Of a DNA stretch of 64,000 nt, positions 50,068 through 62,586 are shown piece by piece; position 1 is the stretch's first letter, and every line of letters begins with the position of its first letter. This stretch comes from Acidobacteriota bacterium (GTDB taxonomy: Bacteria; Acidobacteriota; UBA6911; RPQK01; JADFOI01): the NCBI GenBank assembly GCA_965218935.1, contig CBDCMH010000002.1, positions 320,899 through 384,898 of the forward strand. Direction: 5' to 3'. The notes beneath the pieces are model-generated. The model did no database searches and was not told the DNA's origin. It saw nothing but the letters and a program-made list of their open reading frames with translations. The position numbers were made by a program, and so were the translations under genes.

Positions 50068-53000
50068 TCAGCCCTTCACAGCTGCCCGCTCAGTGACCTT
50101 CAGCGCAGCGGCCTCTTCAAGAGAGACGTCCAGCCGCAGAGGGTGGTGGTCCTCGTCATCGATTTCCCCGGCGAAGGGATTCTCAACTTCGATGTTGCGG
50201 TAGTATTCCATCCCAGTGCCGGCTGGAATGAGCCGACCCATGATGACGTTTTCCTTCAATCCCTGCAGATAGTCCACCTTTCCGCTGATGGCCGCTTCGG
50301 TCAAAACCCGGGTGGTTTCCTGGAATGAGGCGGCTGAGATAAAGGAATCGGTGCTCAACGAGGCCTTGGTGATCCCCAGCAGTAGTGGACGCCCCGTTGC
50401 AGGCTGTCCGCCTTCTGCCTGGACCCACTCGTTTTCCTGCTCGAACAGGAACTTGTCGACCTGCTCGTCCAACAGAAATCCCGTATCGCCAACATCTTCA
50501 ACCTTGATCCAACGCATCATCTGGCGGACAATCACCTCGATGTGTTTGTCATTGATGTTGACACCCTGGAGACGATAGACCTCCTGGATCTCGTTGACCA
50601 GGTAGCGCTGGAGCTCTTTTTCTCCCAGCACGAGTAGGATATCGTGTGGATTACGGGGCCCATCCATCAAGGCCTCACCCGCCTTCACGTATTCCCCTTC
50701 CTGGACATTCACGTGCACACCGCGATCCAAAAGGTACTCCGCCTTGGTCCCAGTCTCTTCGTTTTCCACAACGATCTTTCGCTGGCCTCTGCTGATCCCT
50801 CCATAGTGAACCTTACCGTCAATCTCCGTGATGACGGCCGTCTCTTTGGGTTTGCGCGCTTCAAAAAGCTCAACGACACGGGGCAGACCACCGGTGATGT
50901 CCTTCGTCTTGGTGGTCTCTCTGGGAATCTTGGAAAGAATGTCTCCGGGAAAGACCTCATCTCCGGAATCAATCATCATGTGGGCTCTGGAAGGAATCAG
51001 GTAAGACTTGATGACCTTACCCTTCTGGTCTTTGATCTGGATCTGGGGCTGGCGCTTCTCGTCAGGAGACTCGATAATCACTTTCCGAGCCAAACCGGTC
51101 ACTTCATCCAGCTCCTCCTTCATGGTGATGCCTTCCACGATGTCCTTGAAGACCGCGGTTCCCCCATATTCGGTGAGGATGGCGAAAGTATAAGGATCCC
51201 ATTCCACGAGCTTCTGACCCGGTTTGATTTTCTTGCCCTCCTTGACCATAAGCTTGGCCCCATAGATCACCGAGTATCGTTCCTTCTCCCGGCCTTTATC
51301 ATCCTGGACAATGAGACTCCCTGTTCTGTTCATGACCACCTGGTGGCCTTCCTTATCGGTGACCGTCTGAACATTCAAGTAATGAACAATACCCGCGTTT
51401 CTCGATTCAACCGTGGATTCTTCCTCGATTCGGCTGGCAGTACCCCCGATGTGAAAGGTTCTCATGGTGAGCTGAGTCCCGGGTTCTCCGATGGACTGGG
51501 CGGCCAAAACTCCTACGGCCTCACCCATCTCCACCATTACGCCTGAGGCCAGGTTCCGTCCGTAGCACATCCGACACAGACCTCGCTTGGTTTTGCAGGT
51601 TAAAACAGAGCGAATCAGGACTTTTTCAATACCGGCGGCCTGAATGGCTGCCGAGGTATCGTCGTCAATCTCCTGATCCACATCCACAAGGGTCTCCCCG
51701 GTGAAGGGATCGACCACTTTTTCCAGCGCCACACGACCGACGATACGATCCCGCAGACCCTCGATAATTTCACCACCTTCCACCAAGGCTGTGACCTCAG
51801 AACCGTCCAGGGTTTCACAATTTTCCTGGGTCATAATCACGTCTTGAGCCACATCGACGAGACGACGCGTGAGATAACCTGAATCAGCCGTTTTAAGAGC
51901 TGTGTCGGCCAGACCTTTTCGGGCTCCGTGGGTGGAAATAAAGTACTGCAAAACGGCCAGGCCCTCGCGGAAATTAGCCGTAATGGGCGTTTCAATAATC
52001 TCACCGGAGGGTTTGGCCATGAGTCCCCGCATACCTGCCAGCTGACGGATCTGCTGTTTGCTGCCTCGGGCACCCGAGTCGGCCATGACGTAGACAGAGT
52101 TGAACTCCTCGCCGGGTCCCTTGCTGAGGGCCATGGCATCGAACATCTCGTCGGCAATCTCTTCGGTAACATCCGACCAAATGGCGACAACTTTGTTGTA
52201 GCGCTCACCATTGGTAATCGCACCGTCCAGATACTGTTGCTCCACTTCAATCACGGCCTGTCGCGCTGCTTCAACCAGTTCTCCCTTGTTCTCGGGGATG
52301 ATGAGGTCATCAATGCTAATGGTGAAGCCGGCTTTCGTTGCATAGAGAAAACCCAAGTCCTTCAGTTCGTCCAACATTTTAACCGTGGTCTCGAGTTGGT
52401 GGTGGAGGTAGCAATAATTAACGAGCTCTTGAAGCCCCTTCTTCTTGAGCAAACCGTTGACGTAGGGCATTTCTTCAGGAAGATGGTCGTTGAAAACGGC
52501 TCTTCCTACTGTGGTCTCAATCGGCTGGTTGTGAATTTTCTGCACATCAGCGTGCAGCAGAGCCTGGGTATCGTACTGTGTGGAAAGATCAATCAGGGCC
52601 CCCGAGTAACGCAAGAGGATGGGGGAAAGCAGCTCCACTTCGCCCGCCTCCAGTGCGTGGTAGATTTCCTCCACGCTAGCAAAGCTACGCCCTTCACCTT
52701 TGGCCCCTGGGCGGGCTGAAGTCAAGTAATAGCAGCCCAGTACGATGTCTTGAGTGGGAACGGCCACGGGCTGTCCATTGGCGGGTGAGAGGACATTGTG
52801 AGTGGCCAACATCAAAACCGATGCTTCAATCTGTGATTCCTGAGACAGAGGAACGTGAACGGCCATCTGATCCCCGTCGAAGTCCGCATTAAAGGCGGTA
52901 CACACCAGGGGATGAATCTTGATCGCCCTTCCCTCCACCAGAACGGGCTCGAAGGCCTGAATCCCCAGTCGATGCAGCGTGGGAGCACGGTTGAGAAGAA

Positions 53001-54258
53001 CAGGATGCTCCTTAATCACCTCTTCCAAAATATCCCACACCATGGACTCGTGGTTCTCCACCATCTCCTTGGCACCTTTGATGGTGGTTGCATGGCCTTC
53101 CTTTTCCAAGCGATTGTAGATGAAGGGCTTGAACAGCTCCAGTGCCATGATCTTGGGCAAACCGCACTGGTTGAGCTTCAGCTCCGGCCCCACCACAATG
53201 ACGGAGCGACCTGAATAATCGACGCGCTTGCCCAACAGATTCTGGCGAAACCGACCTTGCTTCCCTTTCAAAGTATCGGAGAGAGACTTCAGAGGACGAT
53301 TTTTCACACCTCGCAGAACCCGTCCCCGCCGACCGTTGTCAAACAGTGCGTCTACCGCTTCCTGGAGCATCCGCTTCTCATTGCGAATGATCACTTCCGG
53401 TGCACGCAGGTCCATGAGCTTCTTCAAGCGATTGTTCCGGTTGATGACTCGCCGATACAAGTCGTTGAGATCGGAAGTGGCGAAGCGCCCTCCATCCAGG
53501 GGTACCAGCGGCCGCAGTTCGGGGGGAATCACTGGAATGACGTCCAGGATCATCCACTCGGCCTTATTTCCGGATTTCCGGAAAGCATCCACCACCTTCA
53601 GCCGTTTCGCGTACTTGAGGCGCTTGAGTTGGGAGGTCTCATTCTTCATGCGAAAACGCAAATCGATGGATAGGGCCTCCACGTCGACTTGCCTCACCAA
53701 TTCCTTGATCGTTTCGGCTCCCATTCCAGCCTCGAACTGTCCTGGGTACTCTGCTTGCAGAGCGCGATATTTCTCCTCCGTCAATAGCTCCTTCTCTTTG
53801 ACCGGTGCATCCCCGGGATCGATAACGACATACGCTTCAAAATAGAGTATTCGCTCCAGATTGCGCAGAGACAGATCCAGCAAATGTCCAATGCGGCTGG
53901 GAAGTCCCTTAAAAAACCACACATGGGAGCAGGGGGTGGCCAATTCCACATGACCCAAACGCTCCCGACGAACTTTGGAAAGGGTGACCTCCACGCCGCA
54001 CTTGTCACAAATCACCCCTCGGTGCTTCATGCGTTTGTACTTTCCGCAAAGACATTCCCAATCCGTAACTGGACCGAAGATACGAGCGCAGAAAAGCCCG
54101 CCTCGCTCTGGTTTGAAGGTACGATAATTGATGGTCTCCGGCTTGGTCACTTCTCCGCTCGACCAAGAGCGAATCTTCTCTGGAGAAGCCAAACCAATCC
54201 GGATCGCCTCAAAGTTCTTCAAGAGCTGAGTTCTGTCAAGATCACGAAACATTCTCAA
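50068..54258 (-). CDS. rpoC: DNA-directed RNA polymerase subunit beta'
   Basis: Full-length conserved sequence incl. NADFDGD catalytic motif and zinc-binding cysteines. Confidence 0.97.
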   Translation of the reverse strand: MRMFRDLDRTQLLKNFEAIRIGLASPEKIRSWSSGEVTKPETINYRTFKPERGGLFCARIFGPVTDWECLCGKYKRMKHRGVICDKCGVEVTLSKVRRERLGHVELATPCSHVWFFKGLPSRIGHLLDLSLRNLERILYFEAYVVIDPGDAPVKEKELLTEEKYRALQAEYPGQFEAGMGAETIKELVRQVDVEALSIDLRFRMKNETSQLKRLKYAKRLKVVDAFRKSGNKAEWMILDVIPVIPPELRPLVPLDGGRFATSDLNDLYRRVINRNNRLKKLMDLRAPEVIIRNEKRMLQEAVDALFDNGRRGRVLRGVKNRPLKSLSDTLKGKQGRFRQNLLGKRVDYSGRSVIVVGPELKLNQCGLPKIMALELFKPFIYNRLEKEGHATTIKGAKEMVENHESMVWDILEEVIKEHPVLLNRAPTLHRLGIQAFEPVLVEGRAIKIHPLVCTAFNADFDGDQMAVHVPLSQESQIEASVLMLATHNVLSPANGQPVAVPTQDIVLGCYYLTSARPGAKGEGRSFASVEEIYHALEAGEVELLSPILLRYSGALIDLSTQYDTQALLHADVQKIHNQPIETTVGRAVFNDHLPEEMPYVNGLLKKKGLQELVNYCYLHHQLETTVKMLDELKDLGFLYATKAGFTISIDDLIIPENKGELVEAARQAVIEVEQQYLDGAITNGERYNKVVAIWSDVTEEIADEMFDAMALSKGPGEEFNSVYVMADSGARGSKQQIRQLAGMRGLMAKPSGEIIETPITANFREGLAVLQYFISTHGARKGLADTALKTADSGYLTRRLVDVAQDVIMTQENCETLDGSEVTALVEGGEIIEGLRDRIVGRVALEKVVDPFTGETLVDVDQEIDDDTSAAIQAAGIEKVLIRSVLTCKTKRGLCRMCYGRNLASGVMVEMGEAVGVLAAQSIGEPGTQLTMRTFHIGGTASRIEEESTVESRNAGIVHYLNVQTVTDKEGHQVVMNRTGSLIVQDDKGREKERYSVIYGAKLMVKEGKKIKPGQKLVEWDPYTFAILTEYGGTAVFKDIVEGITMKEELDEVTGLARKVIIESPDEKRQPQIQIKDQKGKVIKSYLIPSRAHMMIDSGDEVFPGDILSKIPRETTKTKDITGGLPRVVELFEARKPKETAVITEIDGKVHYGGISRGQRKIVVENEETGTKAEYLLDRGVHVNVQEGEYVKAGEALMDGPRNPHDILLVLGEKELQRYLVNEIQEVYRLQGVNINDKHIEVIVRQMMRWIKVEDVGDTGFLLDEQVDKFLFEQENEWVQAEGGQPATGRPLLLGITKASLSTDSFISAASFQETTRVLTEAAISGKVDYLQGLKENVIMGRLIPAGTGMEYYRNIEVENPFAGEIDDEDHHPLRLDVSLEEAAALKVTERAAVKG

Positions 54259-54275
54259 GGTTCACCCTCCGTCGT

Positions 54276-57200
54276 TCACTCGGGTTTTTCCGCCGCCACA
54301 CCGCTGAGCACCTTCTCTGCTTTCAAGAGAACTTCGGAGCGGCGGCGAAGTTGTTTTTTAGGTTTTTCGAGCAGTTCCACGTCCAAAGCCAGGGACTGGA
54401 GTTCTCGGATCAAAACGTTGAAGGACTCCGGGATTCCTGGATTGTAAGTCGATTCCCCTTTGACGATGGCCTCATAAATCTTGGCTCGGCCCTGCACGTC
54501 ATCCGACTTTGCCGTCAACAATTCCTGAAGGATGTTGGCCGCACCGTAGGCTTCCAGGGCCCAAACTTCCATTTCACCAAAACGCTGACCGCCGAACTGT
54601 GCCTTACCTCCCAGCGGCTGTTGGGTAATGAGGCTGTAGGGCCCGATGGAGCGAGCATGGATCTTATCGTCCACCAGATGACTGAGTTTGAGCATGTAAA
54701 TGTAGCCCACCGTGACTTCCTGATCGAAACGCTCACCCGTCATCCCATCATAAAGAATCGTCTTGCCATTGCTGGGCAGGCTTGCCTTCTGCAATTCATC
54801 CTTGACCTCATGTTCTCGGGCACCGTCAAAGACGGGCGTTGCGTACTGCAATCCGAGAACCTTTGCAGCCCATCCCAGATGGGTTTCCAGGATTTGTCCC
54901 ACATTCATACGGGAAGGAACTCCCAGAGGATTCAACACGATTTCTACAGGAGTTCCATCGGGAAGGTAGGGCATATCCTCGTCCGGTACTATGCGGGCGA
55001 TGACTCCCTTATTCCCGTGGCGTCCGGCCATCTTGTCGCCCACGGAAAGCTTCCGTTTCATGGCCACGTAGACTTTAACCATCTTGATGACGCCGGGCAG
55101 GAGTTCATCCCCTTTTTCCATCCGGCTCAAGCGCTCCTTATGCAGGGAGCGAAGAATCTCGACTTGACGATCTGTCCTGGCTTCGATATCAGAGAGCTCC
55201 TTTTCCGCCTTTTTCCCCTTGACGCTAATCTTCCTGAGCTCCTGGTAGCTGAGAGTGAGCAAAGCCTTGCGGTTCAGCCTCCCGCCTTTTTTGGCAATCA
55301 CATTCCCCGCCGAATCGGTCACCTTCTTTACCGTGGTCTTTCCGGTCAAGACATCGACAATGCGCTTGCTGTTTTCTTCCCGCAGAATCCGAATTTCATC
55401 TTCCAAGTCCTTCCCCAGGCGCTCGATTTCCTGCTCCTCGATTTCCAGGGCACGTGCGTCTTTGGCAACACCCTTACGAGAGAAGATCTTGACGTCGACC
55501 ACCGTGCCTTCAATGCCCGGGGGTGTATAAAGCGAGGCATCTTTAACCTCTCCCGCTTTCTCGCCGAAGATGGCCCGCAGCAACTTTTCTTCAGGTGTCA
55601 GCTGTGTTTCACCCTTGGGCGTGACCTTGCCAACCAGAAGACTGCCCGGACTGATCTTGGCACCAATGCGGATGACTCCACTTTCATCCAGATCGGTTAG
55701 AATCGACTCACTGACATTGGGAATATCGCGTGTGATCTCTTCAGGGCCAAGCTTGGTATCACGGGCCTCGATGTCCAGCTCTTCAATATGGATCGAAGTG
55801 TACAAGTCCTCCTTGACCAGACGTTCACTGACCAGTATCGCGTCTTCGAAGTTGTAGCCTCTCCAGGACATAAAGGCGACCAGGACATTCCTTCCCAGTG
55901 CCAACTCTCCCTTTTCGGTACAAGGGCCATCGGCCAACACCTGACCTTTTTGAACCGGGTCACCTTTCCGAATCAGGGGCTTCTGATTGATACAGGTGTT
56001 CTGATTGGAGCGTTTGAACTTCGTCAGCTTGTAAATATCCACACCCGCGTCTTGGTCCTTATCTCCATCTTCAGCCAGGACACGAACGATGATCCGTTCT
56101 GCGTCGACGCTGTCCACTACTCCTGCTCGTCGGCACAGCAGGACTGCTCCTGAGTCCCGGGCGGCAATGTACTCCATTCCTGTCCCCACAAAAGGCGCTT
56201 CCGCCTGAACCAGAGGCACAGCCTGCCGCTGCATGTTGGACCCCATCAGGGCGCGGTTGGCGTCATCGTTTTCCAGGAAGGGGATCAAGCTTGCCGCTAC
56301 ACTCACCAGCTGCTTGGGACTCACGTCGACGTACTCAACTTCCTCTCTGGGGACAAAAACGAAGTTCCCCTGGTGACGAGCATTGACTCTCTCTCGCACT
56401 ATCCGCTGTTTGGCGTCCACTTCGACGTTGGCCTGAGCAATGACGTGTTTATCTTCCTCCCAGGCCGTCAAGTAAAAGGCATGGGTCTCGTATTCGGCCG
56501 GCCGTTTCCTTCCCTTCATCTTCTTGTTCACGGTATCCGCTTGCGCGTGCTTGTAGACCTCTCCGATCTTGAAGTTGGTGCTTCCGCCATTGATGATCTT
56601 CACATAGTCCACAATCTTCCCATCCGCAATCCTGCGATAGGGCGATTCGATAAATCCGAATTCGTCGATTCTCGCGTAGCAGCTCAAGGAGGAGATCAGG
56701 CCGATATTGGGCCCTTCCGGGGTCTCAATGGGGCAGATGCGACCATAGTGGGTGGGGTGAACATCCCGCACTTCAAACCCGGCTCTCTCTCGGCTCAGTC
56801 CCCCCGGGCCCAGTGCCGAAAGGCGCCTTTTATGGGTGATTTCCGAAAGCGGATTGGTCTGATCCATAAACTGGGAAAGTTGACTGCTGCCGAAGAACTC
56901 ACGGATGGCCGCCGAAACCGGCTTGGCGTTGATCAAATCGTGAGGCATGGCGGTTTCCATTTCCTGATGAACCGACATTTTTTCTTTGATCGCCCTTTCC
57001 ATCCTCACCAGGCCGATTCGAAACTGATTTTCCAACAACTCCCCGACGGCGCGAACGCGACGGTTCCCCAGATGATCAATATCGTCCACGGTCCCGATAC
57101 TCTTCTTGAGCTTCAGCAGATAAGCAATGACGTGATAGAAATCCTGCGGAGAAAGTGTCCTTTCATCCAGAGAGGTGTCCAGGCCCAGTTTGATATTGAA

Positions 57201-58604
57201 TTTCAGCCGGCCCACTCGTGAAAAATCGTATTTCCGGGGATCAAAAAACATCCCGTGAAAAAGGGCAGTCGCGGTCTCAATGGTGGGAGGATCACCTGGA
57301 CGCTGCTTTCGATAGATCTCAATTAGGGCATCGTTGGTATTCTTTACCGTGTCACGCTTCAAGGTCGTGGAGAGCACATCGCCCACATCATCGCGCTCGG
57401 GGAAAAATACGGGTAACTCTCCAATACCGGCTTCGATCAAAGAGTTGACCACGCCTCCCGTCACTTCGGTATTGGCTTCCAGGATGATCTCGCCCGAAGT
57501 GGAATCCACCACTTCGGTCCCGGAAAAAGCTCCTTCCAGATCCTCAATACCCACCTCCACCTGTTTGACTCTTGCTTTCTTGAGCTGAGCAAAGGCCGTC
57601 TGAGTGATCTTTCTGCCTGCCGCAACCAGAACGGATCTCGGTTTGCCGGGAGCAGGGATCTTCTTGCTCAACTTGTTTCCGATCAGATTCTCATCCAGTT
57701 TCCAGAACAGCTTTTCACCTTTGATACTGATGGTGGAAAAATTATAGAAAGTCTTCAGAAGCTCTACATCGGAGCTCAGACCTAATGCACGCAAGAAGGC
57801 AGTGGCCAGAAACTTTCGCTTCCGATCGATGCGGACGTAAAGCAGATTCTTATTGTCGTATTCAAACTCTACCCAGGAGCCCCGGTAGGGAATGATCTTG
57901 GCCAAAAAGTAACTCTTTAAGGCTCCTGACTCAAAGAAAACGCCGGGTGAACGGTGCAGCTGACTGACAATCACGCGTTCCGTGCCATTAATGATAAATA
58001 TCCCGTTCTCGGTCATTAAGGGCAGATCCCCAAAGTAGACCTCCTGCTCTTTGATGTCGCGAATGGTTTTGACTTCCGTATCGCGGTCCTTGTCCCAAAC
58101 CACCAGACGAATCGTCACCTTCAAGGGAGCGGAATAAGTCATGCCCCGCTCCTTACATTCATCGATGTTGTATTTGAGGTTCAGTTGAACGGGATCCCCA
58201 CAATCGTCACACCGTTCGACTTCATTGGGATTTCTGGATCCGCAGTGCCGGCAGGTCACGTCCTCAATGGTGTAGGGGCTTAAACCCAAAGTCTCACCGC
58301 AGTTTCTGCACGTCCCCCGCAGGTGCTCAAGACCATGCAATTTTCCACACTTGCATTCCCAATCGCCAATGGAATAATCCACAAACTCCAGTGAGGAGGT
58401 TCCACGAAAATCGCTTATCGGGAAAACGGAATTGAACACCGATTGCAGCCCAAAATCCTCCCGCTCAGAGGGCAACAGATCCATTTGGAGAAATCTCCGG
58501 TAGGACGCTTTCTGGACCTCGAGTAAATTGGGTATGGGGAAAATGGACTTTCTTTTCGCGAAGTTCTTTCTTTCCCGATAGACGTTTTTCAGATCATCTA
58601 ACAT
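54276..58604 (-). CDS. rpoB: DNA-directed RNA polymerase subunit beta
   Basis: Full-length conserved sequence; includes lineage-specific insertion with CxxC pairs. Confidence 0.97.
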   Translation of the reverse strand: MLDDLKNVYRERKNFAKRKSIFPIPNLLEVQKASYRRFLQMDLLPSEREDFGLQSVFNSVFPISDFRGTSSLEFVDYSIGDWECKCGKLHGLEHLRGTCRNCGETLGLSPYTIEDVTCRHCGSRNPNEVERCDDCGDPVQLNLKYNIDECKERGMTYSAPLKVTIRLVVWDKDRDTEVKTIRDIKEQEVYFGDLPLMTENGIFIINGTERVIVSQLHRSPGVFFESGALKSYFLAKIIPYRGSWVEFEYDNKNLLYVRIDRKRKFLATAFLRALGLSSDVELLKTFYNFSTISIKGEKLFWKLDENLIGNKLSKKIPAPGKPRSVLVAAGRKITQTAFAQLKKARVKQVEVGIEDLEGAFSGTEVVDSTSGEIILEANTEVTGGVVNSLIEAGIGELPVFFPERDDVGDVLSTTLKRDTVKNTNDALIEIYRKQRPGDPPTIETATALFHGMFFDPRKYDFSRVGRLKFNIKLGLDTSLDERTLSPQDFYHVIAYLLKLKKSIGTVDDIDHLGNRRVRAVGELLENQFRIGLVRMERAIKEKMSVHQEMETAMPHDLINAKPVSAAIREFFGSSQLSQFMDQTNPLSEITHKRRLSALGPGGLSRERAGFEVRDVHPTHYGRICPIETPEGPNIGLISSLSCYARIDEFGFIESPYRRIADGKIVDYVKIINGGSTNFKIGEVYKHAQADTVNKKMKGRKRPAEYETHAFYLTAWEEDKHVIAQANVEVDAKQRIVRERVNARHQGNFVFVPREEVEYVDVSPKQLVSVAASLIPFLENDDANRALMGSNMQRQAVPLVQAEAPFVGTGMEYIAARDSGAVLLCRRAGVVDSVDAERIIVRVLAEDGDKDQDAGVDIYKLTKFKRSNQNTCINQKPLIRKGDPVQKGQVLADGPCTEKGELALGRNVLVAFMSWRGYNFEDAILVSERLVKEDLYTSIHIEELDIEARDTKLGPEEITRDIPNVSESILTDLDESGVIRIGAKISPGSLLVGKVTPKGETQLTPEEKLLRAIFGEKAGEVKDASLYTPPGIEGTVVDVKIFSRKGVAKDARALEIEEQEIERLGKDLEDEIRILREENSKRIVDVLTGKTTVKKVTDSAGNVIAKKGGRLNRKALLTLSYQELRKISVKGKKAEKELSDIEARTDRQVEILRSLHKERLSRMEKGDELLPGVIKMVKVYVAMKRKLSVGDKMAGRHGNKGVIARIVPDEDMPYLPDGTPVEIVLNPLGVPSRMNVGQILETHLGWAAKVLGLQYATPVFDGAREHEVKDELQKASLPSNGKTILYDGMTGERFDQEVTVGYIYMLKLSHLVDDKIHARSIGPYSLITQQPLGGKAQFGGQRFGEMEVWALEAYGAANILQELLTAKSDDVQGRAKIYEAIVKGESTYNPGIPESFNVLIRELQSLALDVELLEKPKKQLRRRSEVLLKAEKVLSGVAAEKPE

Positions 58605-58907
58605 GCTGGCAAGCTCCCCTTGATGTGGTCGTTTTGCTCAATAACGCTGGATGCCACGTAGAAAAGGAGACACGGAGTGCCTCAGACACGTACGGATATG
58701 GAGGAATACACGGATAAAAGAGAGCAGAGAAAACTCCCAACCGCTGTGTTTTTAACTCTTACCGACCCAAACCAAAATCAAAGGACAAAAACCTAAAAAG
58801 GGGACACCTATCCCCTTTTGTTCATGCAAATTAATTCACCCTTCTCTCGACATCGAACAGCCTATCATATTCCACGGGGGGTGACAAGAGGTGAATCGAA
58901 GCCGACT

Positions 58908-59294
58908 TTACCTGATCTCGACCGTGGCTCCGGCTTCTTCAAACTTCTTCTTGATCTCTTCCGCTTCTTCCTTGCTGACGTCTTCCCTGATTGCTTTGGG
59001 AGCGGCTTCAACAAGGTCTTTCGCTTCTTTGAGGCCCAGGCTGGTGACCTCGCGCACAGCCTTAATGACGTTGATCTTCTTGTCTCCGACCGCGGTCAAA
59101 ACAGCTTCAAATTCCGTCTTTTCTTCAGCTGCTGCCTCTCCTGGAGCTCCCGCGGCCGCTGCTCCCGCCACAGCGACGGGCGCTGCCAGGGCAGTAATTC
59201 CGAACTTCTCTTCCAGTTCCTGCACCAACTCATTAATGTCTACAATCGATGCCTTTTCAATCCAACCGAGCACATCTTCTCGAGTGGTCGCCAT
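58908..59294 (-). CDS. rplL: 50S ribosomal protein L7/L12
   Basis: Ala/Glu-rich hinge and conserved C-terminal domain. Confidence 0.95.
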   Translation of the reverse strand: MATTREDVLGWIEKASIVDINELVQELEEKFGITALAAPVAVAGAAAAGAPGEAAAEEKTEFEAVLTAVGDKKINVIKAVREVTSLGLKEAKDLVEAAPKAIREDVSKEEAEEIKKKFEEAGATVEIR

Positions 59295-59347
59295 GGCGAA
59301 TCCTCCTTCATATAAAATTAGATTCTCTTGTTTCTCTTATTGAAAGG

Positions 59348-59394
59348 CTGACCACCTGACCCCTGACCACCTGACCTGGGGTGAACCGGTCAGC
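59348..59394. repeat. CTGACC-octamer repeat element, copy 3 (rplJ-rplL intergenic)
   Basis: CTGACCACCTGACCCCTGACCACCTGACC ...GGTCAGC. Confidence 0.55.
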
Positions 59395-60103
59395 TATCCT
59401 TTGTCTCTTCGCCCGTTGTTTCTTCGGCCTTTGCTTCCTCGGCTGCTGTCTCCTCTGTTGCCGGCTCTTCGGCCGTCTCTTCAGCTGCTGTCTCTTGGGC
59501 TTCCGGCTGTGCAGGTTTTTCCTCCTGAGCTTCTGGCTCTGGGGCTGCTGCTTCGTGCTCTGTTGCCTCTGGGTCTGCCGGTCCGTCTGCCTGCTTTTTT
59601 TCTGCCAGTTGCTTCAGGACCGAAGCCAGTCCCCTCAGCGGTGACTGCAAAGCAGTGACCAGTCGAACCAGCGGAGTATTCAAGAGATACACGAGCTTGG
59701 ACATCAGCTCAAGCCGGGAGGGCATCTTGGCCAGAAGTTCCACATCACTGGCCGAAAAAGTCTTGCCTTCAACAACCCCGGCCTTGAAGGCCACACTGGG
59801 ATGATCTCTAATGAACTCCTTGAGTACTTTGGCCAGTGCCACCGGATCACCATCGGTGTAGGCAATGGCGGTTGGCCCTTGAAAATGCTCCCGGAGAGCC
59901 TCCAGCGAGGTATCCTCGACGGCCCGCAAAGCGAGCCGATTCTTGATCACTTGGTACCCGCTTTCCGCCTTGGAAATCTCACGTCGAAGCTCGCTTTGGG
60001 CGGACACATTAATTCCCTCGAAATTGATCAACAAGACGCTCTTGTTGGCCTTGAACATCTTGTTGAGATCCGCAACGAAGGTCTGCTTCTCGGTTCTGTT
60101 CAT
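59390..60103 (-). CDS. rplJ: 50S ribosomal protein L10 with ~60-aa acidic A/E/P/T-rich C-terminal extension
   Basis: Conserved L10 core then low-complexity tail (PEATEHEAAAPEPEAQEEKPAQPEAQETAAEE...). Confidence 0.9.
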   Translation of the reverse strand: MNRTEKQTFVADLNKMFKANKSVLLINFEGINVSAQSELRREISKAESGYQVIKNRLALRAVEDTSLEALREHFQGPTAIAYTDGDPVALAKVLKEFIRDHPSVAFKAGVVEGKTFSASDVELLAKMPSRLELMSKLVYLLNTPLVRLVTALQSPLRGLASVLKQLAEKKQADGPADPEATEHEAAAPEPEAQEEKPAQPEAQETAAEETAEEPATEETAAEEAKAEETTGEETKDS

Positions 60104-60139
60104 GTCCTGTGTCAGCTGCTAGCTGTCATTCCGCTCCTG

Positions 60140-60196
60140 GGTCTGTTGTCTGTGGTCTGTGGTCTGTGGTCTGTGGTCTGCTGTCTGTGGTCTGTT
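60140..60196. repeat. GTCTGTG heptamer tandem repeat (~8 units) in rplA-rplJ intergenic leader
   Basis: GGTCTGTTGTCTGTGGTCTGTGGTCTGTGGTCTGCTGTCTGTGGTCTG. Confidence 0.6.
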
Positions 60197-60207
60197 CTTT
60201 CTCATCT

Positions 60208-60891
60208 CTATTCGACTTGCGCCACATTGACCTTGATGCCCGGTCCCATGGTCGATGAGACAAAGATACCCCGCAGGTATCGGCCCTTTGCAGCTGCTGG
60301 CTTGGCCCGGATCACAGCCTCAATCAGACTGCGGGCATTCTGGATCAGTTGATCCCCTGTGAAGGACACCTTTCCAAAGGGAGCATGGATGATACCATTT
60401 TTGTCCACTCGGAACTCAACTTTTCCAGCCTTGATATCGGCCACTGCCTTTCCCACCTCAAAGGTGACCGTTCCCGCCTTGGGATTCGGCATCAATCCTC
60501 TGGGACCCAGCACGCGACCTAACTTTCCAACCGATTTCATCATGTCGGGTGTCGCCACCACGGCGTCAAACTCCATCCAACCGCCTTGAATCTTATCCAC
60601 CAGATCTTCACCCCCCACAACCTCTGCACCCGCTTCTTCGGCCTCTTTCACCTTCTCTCCGGAGGCAATCGCGCAGACCTTAACCTCTTTTCCCAGTCCA
60701 TTGGGCAGGACCACCGATCCGCGCACCATCTGATCGGCATGTCGGGGATCCACACCCAGTCGAAAAGCCAGCTCGGCGGTTTCGTCAAACTGAGCGAATT
60801 TGACCTCCAACATCAGGTTGACGGCTTCCTCCAGTGTACGGTCTTGGGGCTCTACCTTAGACCTAGCCTCTTGATATTTCTTCCCTGACAT
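60208..60891 (-). CDS. rplA: 50S ribosomal protein L1
   Basis: Full-length conserved. Confidence 0.95.
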   Translation of the reverse strand: MSGKKYQEARSKVEPQDRTLEEAVNLMLEVKFAQFDETAELAFRLGVDPRHADQMVRGSVVLPNGLGKEVKVCAIASGEKVKEAEEAGAEVVGGEDLVDKIQGGWMEFDAVVATPDMMKSVGKLGRVLGPRGLMPNPKAGTVTFEVGKAVADIKAGKVEFRVDKNGIIHAPFGKVSFTGDQLIQNARSLIEAVIRAKPAAAKGRYLRGIFVSSTMGPGIKVNVAQVE

Positions 60892-60905
60892 GCGTTCCCT
60901 CGCTC

Positions 60906-61409
60906 TTACTCTGTGGCTTCCAGCTCTTTGACTTCCAGCTCTGTGGCTTCCGGCTCTCTGACTTCCGACTCTCTGCCTTCCAGCTGCTCTCTGACTTCCA
61001 GGCCCATGCTCCGTGCAGTACCCAGAATGATCTGTGAAGCCGCTTCCAGGTCATTGGCACTCAAATCCGGCATTTTTGTCTTGGCGATCTCTTCCACCTG
61101 CTTCATGCTCACCTGCGCCACCTTCTCCTTGTTGGGCTCCGGGGAACCTTTGGCGATTCCCGCTGCCCGCTTCAAGAGCACCGCCGCGGGTGGTGTCTTG
61201 GTCACGAAAGAATAGCTACGATCCTGGTAAACCGTGATCACCACCGGAATGATCAATCCCTCCTGGTTCTGGGTCTTGGCGTTGAAGGCCTTACAAAAAT
61301 CCATGATATTGACACCATGCTGACCCAGAGCTGGACCGACCGGGGGAGCGGGTGTGGCCTTTGCAGCCGGAATTTGTAACTTAATCAAACCGAGTTCTTT
61401 CTTGGCCAT
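60906..61409 (-). CDS. rplK: 50S ribosomal protein L11 with ~27-aa C-terminal pentapeptide-repeat tail encoded by 15-bp tandem repeats (60909-61005)
   Basis: Conserved L11 ([15 protein letters not shown]) to ...ARSMGLEV then [27 protein letters not shown]; DNA shows ~6 tandem 15-mers (CTCTGTGGCTTCCAG-like). Confidence 0.9.
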   Translation of the reverse strand: MAKKELGLIKLQIPAAKATPAPPVGPALGQHGVNIMDFCKAFNAKTQNQEGLIIPVVITVYQDRSYSFVTKTPPAAVLLKRAAGIAKGSPEPNKEKVAQVSMKQVEEIAKTKMPDLSANDLEAASQIILGTARSMGLEVREQLEGRESEVREPEATELEVKELEATE

Positions 61410-61415
61410 GGATTC

Positions 61416-62015
61416 TTACATCTTCTCCACTTGAATAAATTCGAGCTCAACCGGAGTGGCTCGACCAAAAATCGTTACCATGACCTTGACCGTGTTGCGT
61501 TCCAGATTCACATCCTCAACCAGACCCGTAAAGTTGGAAAACGGCCCGTCGATAATTTTCACCGTTTCTCCCGCTTCGAACAGGAACTTCGGCTTGGGCT
61601 TCTCGTCGGCCGAAGAAACACGGTGCACGACCTGGTTCACCTCTTCCTCTGTGAGTGGGGTAGGCTTGTTTCCCTGGCTCACAAATCCAGTAACCTTGGG
61701 CGTATTCCTCACCACATGCCAGGTCTCTTCCGACATGGCCATCTCCACCAGGATATACCCCGGGAAAAAAAGCTTTGAGGTCACTACTTTCTTCCCGCCC
61801 TTCAACTCAACCACGTCCTCGGTTGGAATGAGGATCTGGCCGATCTTATCCTGCAGGTCATGCACCTGAACCCGGCCCATCAGGCTTTCCGCCACCTTCC
61901 GTTCAAAGCCGGAATAGGTATGGATGATGTACCACTTCTTGTCCTCAACCTGGGATGGAGTCGTCTTCTCACCGGATGTAGTAATCTTTTCACCTCCACG
62001 CTTTGAGTCAAGCAT
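61416..62015 (-). CDS. nusG: transcription termination/antitermination factor NusG
   Basis: NGN and KOW domains. Confidence 0.95.
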   Translation of the reverse strand: MLDSKRGGEKITTSGEKTTPSQVEDKKWYIIHTYSGFERKVAESLMGRVQVHDLQDKIGQILIPTEDVVELKGGKKVVTSKLFFPGYILVEMAMSEETWHVVRNTPKVTGFVSQGNKPTPLTEEEVNQVVHRVSSADEKPKPKFLFEAGETVKIIDGPFSNFTGLVEDVNLERNTVKVMVTIFGRATPVELEFIQVEKM

Positions 62016-62228
62016 CTAAAAGAAGTCGAAGACTCGCCTCACAAAGTTTCTCAATACGATATCGACCAAAAATAAGTATACTCCGAAAAAGAAAACAGTA
62101 ATGATGACGACCAATGTCGTCCCGTAAACTTCCTTTTTACTGGGCCATGTCACTTTCTTGAGCTCCGTTTTCACGTCGCCGTAGAAAGTAATCAAATTCC
62201 TTGGAGCGTCCCTAACCTTTTCCAACAT
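62016..62228 (-). CDS. secE: preprotein translocase subunit SecE
   Basis: Single C-terminal TM, conserved position between tRNA-Trp and nusG. Confidence 0.9.
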   Translation of the reverse strand: MLEKVRDAPRNLITFYGDVKTELKKVTWPSKKEVYGTTLVVIITVFFFGVYLFLVDIVLRNFVRRVFDFF

Positions 62229-62238
62229 AAGAATAAAA

Positions 62239-62315
62239 TGGCAGGCCAGGAGGGACTCGAACCCCCAACATCCGGTTTTGGAGACCGGCGCTCTACCAAT
62301 TGGAGCTACTGGCCT
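62239..62315 (-). tRNA. tRNA-Trp (anticodon CCA)
   Basis: AGGCCAGTAGCTCCAATTGGTAGAGC...CTCCAAAAC anticodon loop...GGTTCGAGTCC; CCA encoded. Confidence 0.9.
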
Positions 62316-62320
62316 AGATT

Positions 62321-62405
62321 AACAACTGACAACTGACAGCTGACAACTGACAGGCCCTTGTCTTGTTCTGTTGCTCCCTGGCAGTTGTCAGCTGGCAGTT
62401 GTCCG
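62321..62405. repeat. CTGACAA/CTGTCAG heptamer inverted-repeat element
   Basis: AACTGACAACTGACAGCTGACAACTGACAGG ... GGCAGTTGTCAGCTGGCAGTTGTCC; related short copy at 50043-50058. Confidence 0.55.
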
Positions 62406-62555
62406 TTACTTAATCTCTCGATGCAGGGTGTGATGTCGACACCATTTACAGTATTTCTTGAGCTCCAGACGGTCCGTCACGTTCCTCTTGTTCTTCGTAG
62501 AGGTGTAATTCCTTCGGTTGCACTCTGTGCATTGGAACGTGATGTTTTCCTGCAT
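62406..62555 (-). CDS. rpmG: 50S ribosomal protein L33
   Basis: [25 protein letters not shown]...[16 protein letters not shown] zinc-ribbon L33. Confidence 0.85.
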   Translation of the reverse strand: MQENITFQCTECNRRNYTSTKNKRNVTDRLELKKYCKWCRHHTLHREIK

Positions 62556-62586
62556 GACTCTCGTGCCCTCTTGTCCTCCCTTTTCT

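Noticed and set aside
54351-55700. 449-aa ORF on + strand (and other long ORFs 50644-51546, 51928-52719, 53228-53845, 56373-57221)
   Set aside because: Antisense to the highly conserved rpoB/rpoC coding sequences; GC-rich antisense frames are commonly open; no independent signals.
60140-60196. Possible CRISPR array (short direct repeats)
   Set aside because: Units are 7 nt with no unique spacers; it lies in the rplA-rplJ leader; no cas genes. Simple heptamer tandem repeat.
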